From positions 1-46,567 of the forward strand of contig CALWAJ010000002.1 of NCBI GenBank assembly GCA_944373065.1: a stretch of DNA of 46,567 nucleotides. Direction: 5' to 3'. The position numbers were made by a program, and so were the translations under genes. Under the pieces are notes generated by a model. The model was not told the DNA's origin. It saw nothing but the letters and a program-made list of their open reading frames with translations, and searched no databases. The DNA is from an uncultured Bacilli bacterium (GTDB lineage Bacteria; Bacillota_I; Bacilli_A; RF39; UBA660). Shown here in pieces: positions 44,272 to 46,567 of this stretch. Position 1 is the stretch's first letter. Each line of letters opens with the position of its first letter.

Positions 44272-44307
44272 ATTATAGATAAAAGTGTAAACTACATGTA
44301 AAGTGTT

Positions 44308-44320
44308 ATTGAAGTAGGGG
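44308..44320. repeat. 13-nt direct repeat ATTGAAGTAGGGG, left copy
   Basis: The identical 13-mer recurs at 45075-45087. The two copies bracket the ~750-bp AT-rich decayed segment. Confidence 0.6.
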
Positions 44321-44327
44321 GGTAGTA

Positions 44328-44596
44328 TTATAATTTTCTTCCAAAGTAAAATAACATAATAAAGAATATTAATACCAAAACAAATAAATACACTAATAGA
44401 TAAAGAAAAAATGAAAGAGAAATACTAATATAAGATAACAAATTACTTTTATAATATTTAAAATCATTTTCAAGGAATTCAATAGATTCTAAAGTTAATT
44501 TAAATTCATAATTATTTTTAATTAATTTTTTTGTTTTAACATATCTATAACTAATTTAATTGTATCTATATTAATATTAGTATTTTTATTAATCAT
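44328..44596 (-). pseudogene. Frameshifted small membrane-protein gene (interrupted at an A7 run)
   Basis: On the minus strand, ATG 44596 opens MINKNTNINIDTIKLVIDMLKQKN*. The stop falls right after an A7 homopolymer (plus-strand T7, 44526-44532). One extra A would join it to the start-less open frame that runs to 44328 and ends in a transmembrane helix, giving 89 codons in total. Confidence 0.35.
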
Positions 44597-45074
44597 CTTT
44601 ATAGTATATCTATATCTGGATTATAGTAAAATTTTTCAATAAGATAATGTTTAACATCAGAAATATCTTCTTTAATATTATTTTTTTCATAAACACAACC
44701 GTCCTTACATATATTATATAATGAAGCAATTTTCAAAGCCAATACATTAGTTAACATAATATATATTATAGGAAGTTAAATATCTAAATTATAAAGATGA
44801 ATAATTATTCATTATCAATCAATGCTTAATATTTCTAAAAATCGAATTATATATTATTTTAATAAATTTTTTTTAATATATATATTAATAACTAATTGAC
44901 TATAAGAATATTTATAATTATAAAACAAATCCTATAATACTGCGTAATGATATATACAATGCTAACCTAACGTTATATAAATAATTATTATATGAAGTAA
45001 AAATTTAACTAATTATCTAATATAAGATAATCTTATTATCTTTCAATTGATAACTACCCTCTTTAGTAATAAAA

Positions 45075-45087
45075 ATTGAAGTAGGGG
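45075..45087. repeat. 13-nt direct repeat ATTGAAGTAGGGG, right copy
   Basis: See 44308-44320. Confidence 0.6.
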
Positions 45088-45131
45088 AAGTGACCAAAAA
45101 AATAGGGGAATAAAATACCTATTTCGGGGAA
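45082..45131 (+). promoter_or_regulatory. Three phased T(A/C)GGGGAA boxes upstream of the DUF1540 gene
   Basis: TAGGGGAA at 45082-45089, TAGGGGAA at 45103-45110 and TCGGGGAA at 45124-45131, so the starts are exactly 21 nt apart. The GAAGGAGAG SD follows at 45142-45150. Confidence 0.55.
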
Positions 45132-45155
45132 TTATATTAAAGAAGGAGAGATAAA

Positions 45156-45335
45156 ATGAAAAAGAAACAAAACATTAAATGTGACGTTGATAGTTGCAAA
45201 TATAATAACAATAAAAAAGAATGCAACTTAGAAGAAATTAAAGTTAGTAGCAACTGTGATTGTCCAAAAGATGAAGTTTGTGATCAAGAACAAACAGTAT
45301 GTGCAAGTTTTGAAAAAAACGAAGAAGAAAACTAA
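45156..45335 (+). CDS. DUF1540 domain protein (59 aa), not in the ORF track
   Basis: MKKKQNIKCDVDSCKYNNNKKECNLEEIKVSSNCDCPKDEVCDQEQTVCASFEKNEEEN matches the Cys pattern of DUF1540 (KCxVxxCxYN...C...I.V...TxCxSF). Strong SD, and a terminator follows directly. Confidence 0.7.
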   Translation: MKKKQNIKCDVDSCKYNNNKKECNLEEIKVSSNCDCPKDEVCDQEQTVCASFEKNEEEN

Positions 45336-45362
45336 TAGGGCGTTCAATCCTATTAGTTTTTT
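45332..45362. terminator. Terminator between the DUF1540 gene and convergent deoB
   Basis: ctaatagg / cctattag stem with a 9-nt loop and TTTTTT downstream. An A-run upstream could serve the minus strand. Confidence 0.75.
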
Positions 45363-45376
45363 ACTTCTTCCCTACT

Positions 45377-46546
45377 CTATTCTAATTCATCTAAAATACT
45401 CGTACCAATTTCAGGAGGGTCAACTTCAAAATTATCAGCAATAGTAGAACCAATATTAGCCATAGTATCTTGAATTTCTAATCGATGAGGATTCTTAAAA
45501 CTCCGACTATATAATATTAAAGGAACATTCTCTCTTGTGTGGTCATTTCCTTTAAAAGTAGGATCATTACCATGGTCAGCAGTTATAATAAGCAAATCAT
45601 CAACTTCTAATTTATTTAAAATTATTGGAATCTCTACATCTAATTCTTCTAAAGCTCTTGCATAACCTTCAACGTCTCTTTGATGGCCATATAAACTATC
45701 AAAATCACATAAATTAACCATACAAATACCAGTAAACTTCTTATCCATTATATTAGTTAATTTATTAATAGCATCAATATTAGAAGAAGCCTTTAAACTT
45801 TTATTTATACTTGTTTTACTAAAAATATCATTCATTTTTCCAATCGCTATAACATTATAATTATTATCATTTAATTCATCTAAAATAGTTTTACTAGGAG
45901 GACTAACTGGATAATCCTTTCTACCAGCATTATTTAATTTAAATTTACCATTAGTACCAGTAAAAGGTCTTGCTATTACCCTACCTACTAAAAATTCATC
46001 TTTTAGAGTTAATTCTCTAACTTTTTCACAATAACTATATAAAGTTTCTGGACTAATAACATCTTCATGAGCTGCTATTTGCAAATCAGAATCAGCTGAA
46101 GTATATACAATTAAAGACCCATAATTAACTTGACGTTCTCCAAGTTCATTAATAATATTATTATCATTACTACATTTATTTCCAATAACTCTTCTACCAG
46201 TTACCATCTCAATCTCATCAATTAACTCAATAGGAAAGCCATTTTCATTAAAAGTCTTAAAAGGAATATTAGAAGTAATCCCCATCATTTCATAATGTCC
46301 TGCTAATGTATCTTTACCAGCATTATTAGGTCTTGCAATAGTATAATAAGCATCTACATCAGTATTTTCATCCATATTTAACGTATTTAGAAAACCTATC
46401 TTAGCAAGATTAGGGATAAACAAATCATAATTTTCTCTAATATGTCCTAGGGTATTAGCACCACTATCTCCATAACTAGCTGCATCAGAAGCTTCCCCTA
46501 CTCCTAAGGAATCCAAAACCATTAAAAATATTCTTTTAAATCTCAT
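45377..46546 (-). CDS. deoB: phosphopentomutase
   Basis: MVLDSLGVGE N-terminus, DFDSLYGHQRD, and ITADHGNDPT metal-binding motifs. Start set to ATG 46546, 8 nt after GGAG. The track's TTG 46552 is less likely. Confidence 0.9.
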   Translation of the reverse strand: MRFKRIFLMVLDSLGVGEASDAASYGDSGANTLGHIRENYDLFIPNLAKIGFLNTLNMDENTDVDAYYTIARPNNAGKDTLAGHYEMMGITSNIPFKTFNENGFPIELIDEIEMVTGRRVIGNKCSNDNNIINELGERQVNYGSLIVYTSADSDLQIAAHEDVISPETLYSYCEKVRELTLKDEFLVGRVIARPFTGTNGKFKLNNAGRKDYPVSPPSKTILDELNDNNYNVIAIGKMNDIFSKTSINKSLKASSNIDAINKLTNIMDKKFTGICMVNLCDFDSLYGHQRDVEGYARALEELDVEIPIILNKLEVDDLLIITADHGNDPTFKGNDHTRENVPLILYSRSFKNPHRLEIQDTMANIGSTIADNFEVDPPEIGTSILDELE

Positions 46547-46567
46547 AATCAATTCTCCTTCTTTGCT

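Noticed and set aside
45105-45135. Forespore or mother-cell sigma factor promoter upstream of the DUF1540 gene (GAATA ... GGGGAATTATAT).
   Set aside because: The candidate -10 does not fit the GGnnAnAHTR or CATnnTA consensus at the key positions. The phased GGGGAA boxes are reported instead, without naming a sigma factor.
45256-45444. 62-codon + strand ORF spanning the DUF1540 3' end, the terminator and the deoB 3' end.
   Set aside because: It crosses a strong terminator and overlaps two better-supported genes.
1-46567. CRISPR arrays, tRNA/rRNA genes, integrase- or recombinase-bounded prophage, IS elements with terminal inverted repeats.
   Set aside because: I saw no regularly spaced repeat array, no tRNA-like or rRNA-like G+C-rich structured segments, and no integrase or classical transposase ORFs. 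The only mobile-element-like gene is the Rpn/YhgA-like one.

Overview
46.6-kb chromosomal window from a very AT-rich genome (by eye well under 35% G+C). It uses the standard code, since TGA serves as a stop. The gene content fits an endospore-forming Firmicute: spoIVB, spoIIM, a DUF1540 gene and murG-murB-divIB are present. No rRNA, tRNA or CRISPR array is visible.

Recognisable backbone, mostly on the + strand:
- CBS-type family II pyrophosphatase
- uppP, a YhcG-like PD-(D/E)XK nuclease, a ZIP transporter and a PF06541-like membrane protein
- PGM/PMM, murG, murB and divIB
- an AI-2E transporter and two P-loop nucleotide kinases
- alaS and holA
- rarA (-)
- mutS
- nusB, xseA and xseB
- spoIVB (-) and spoIIM
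- mnmA
- deoB (-)

About 20 orphan genes are packed tightly between these. Several are paralogous to each other within the window.

Most interesting observations:
1. A five-gene accessory block lies between holA and rarA. It holds a helical orphan, two tandem pentapeptide-repeat paralogs, a 95-aa ORF and a HipA-type kinase that lacks the HipA N-domain. The two paralogs have divergent 5' parts and share a ~315-bp nearly identical 3' block.
2. mutS sits inside a tightly coupled string of orphan genes, and no mutL follows it.
3. A ~1.3-kb insertion carries an Rpn/YhgA-like PD-(D/E)XK gene. It is bounded by ~113-bp imperfect direct repeats that duplicate the uppP promoter and first codons.
4. Twin TTGTGCA..TGCACAA palindromes replace a T-box in the short alaS leader.
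5. A promoter/SD/terminator-equipped 30-codon hydrophobic peptide gene converges on another small ORF, a layout that resembles type I toxin loci.
6. Three T(A/C)GGGGAA boxes with exact 21-bp phasing lie upstream of the DUF1540 gene, next to a ~0.9-kb decayed AT-rich segment.

All homology statements are by-eye motif recognition. No database search was possible.
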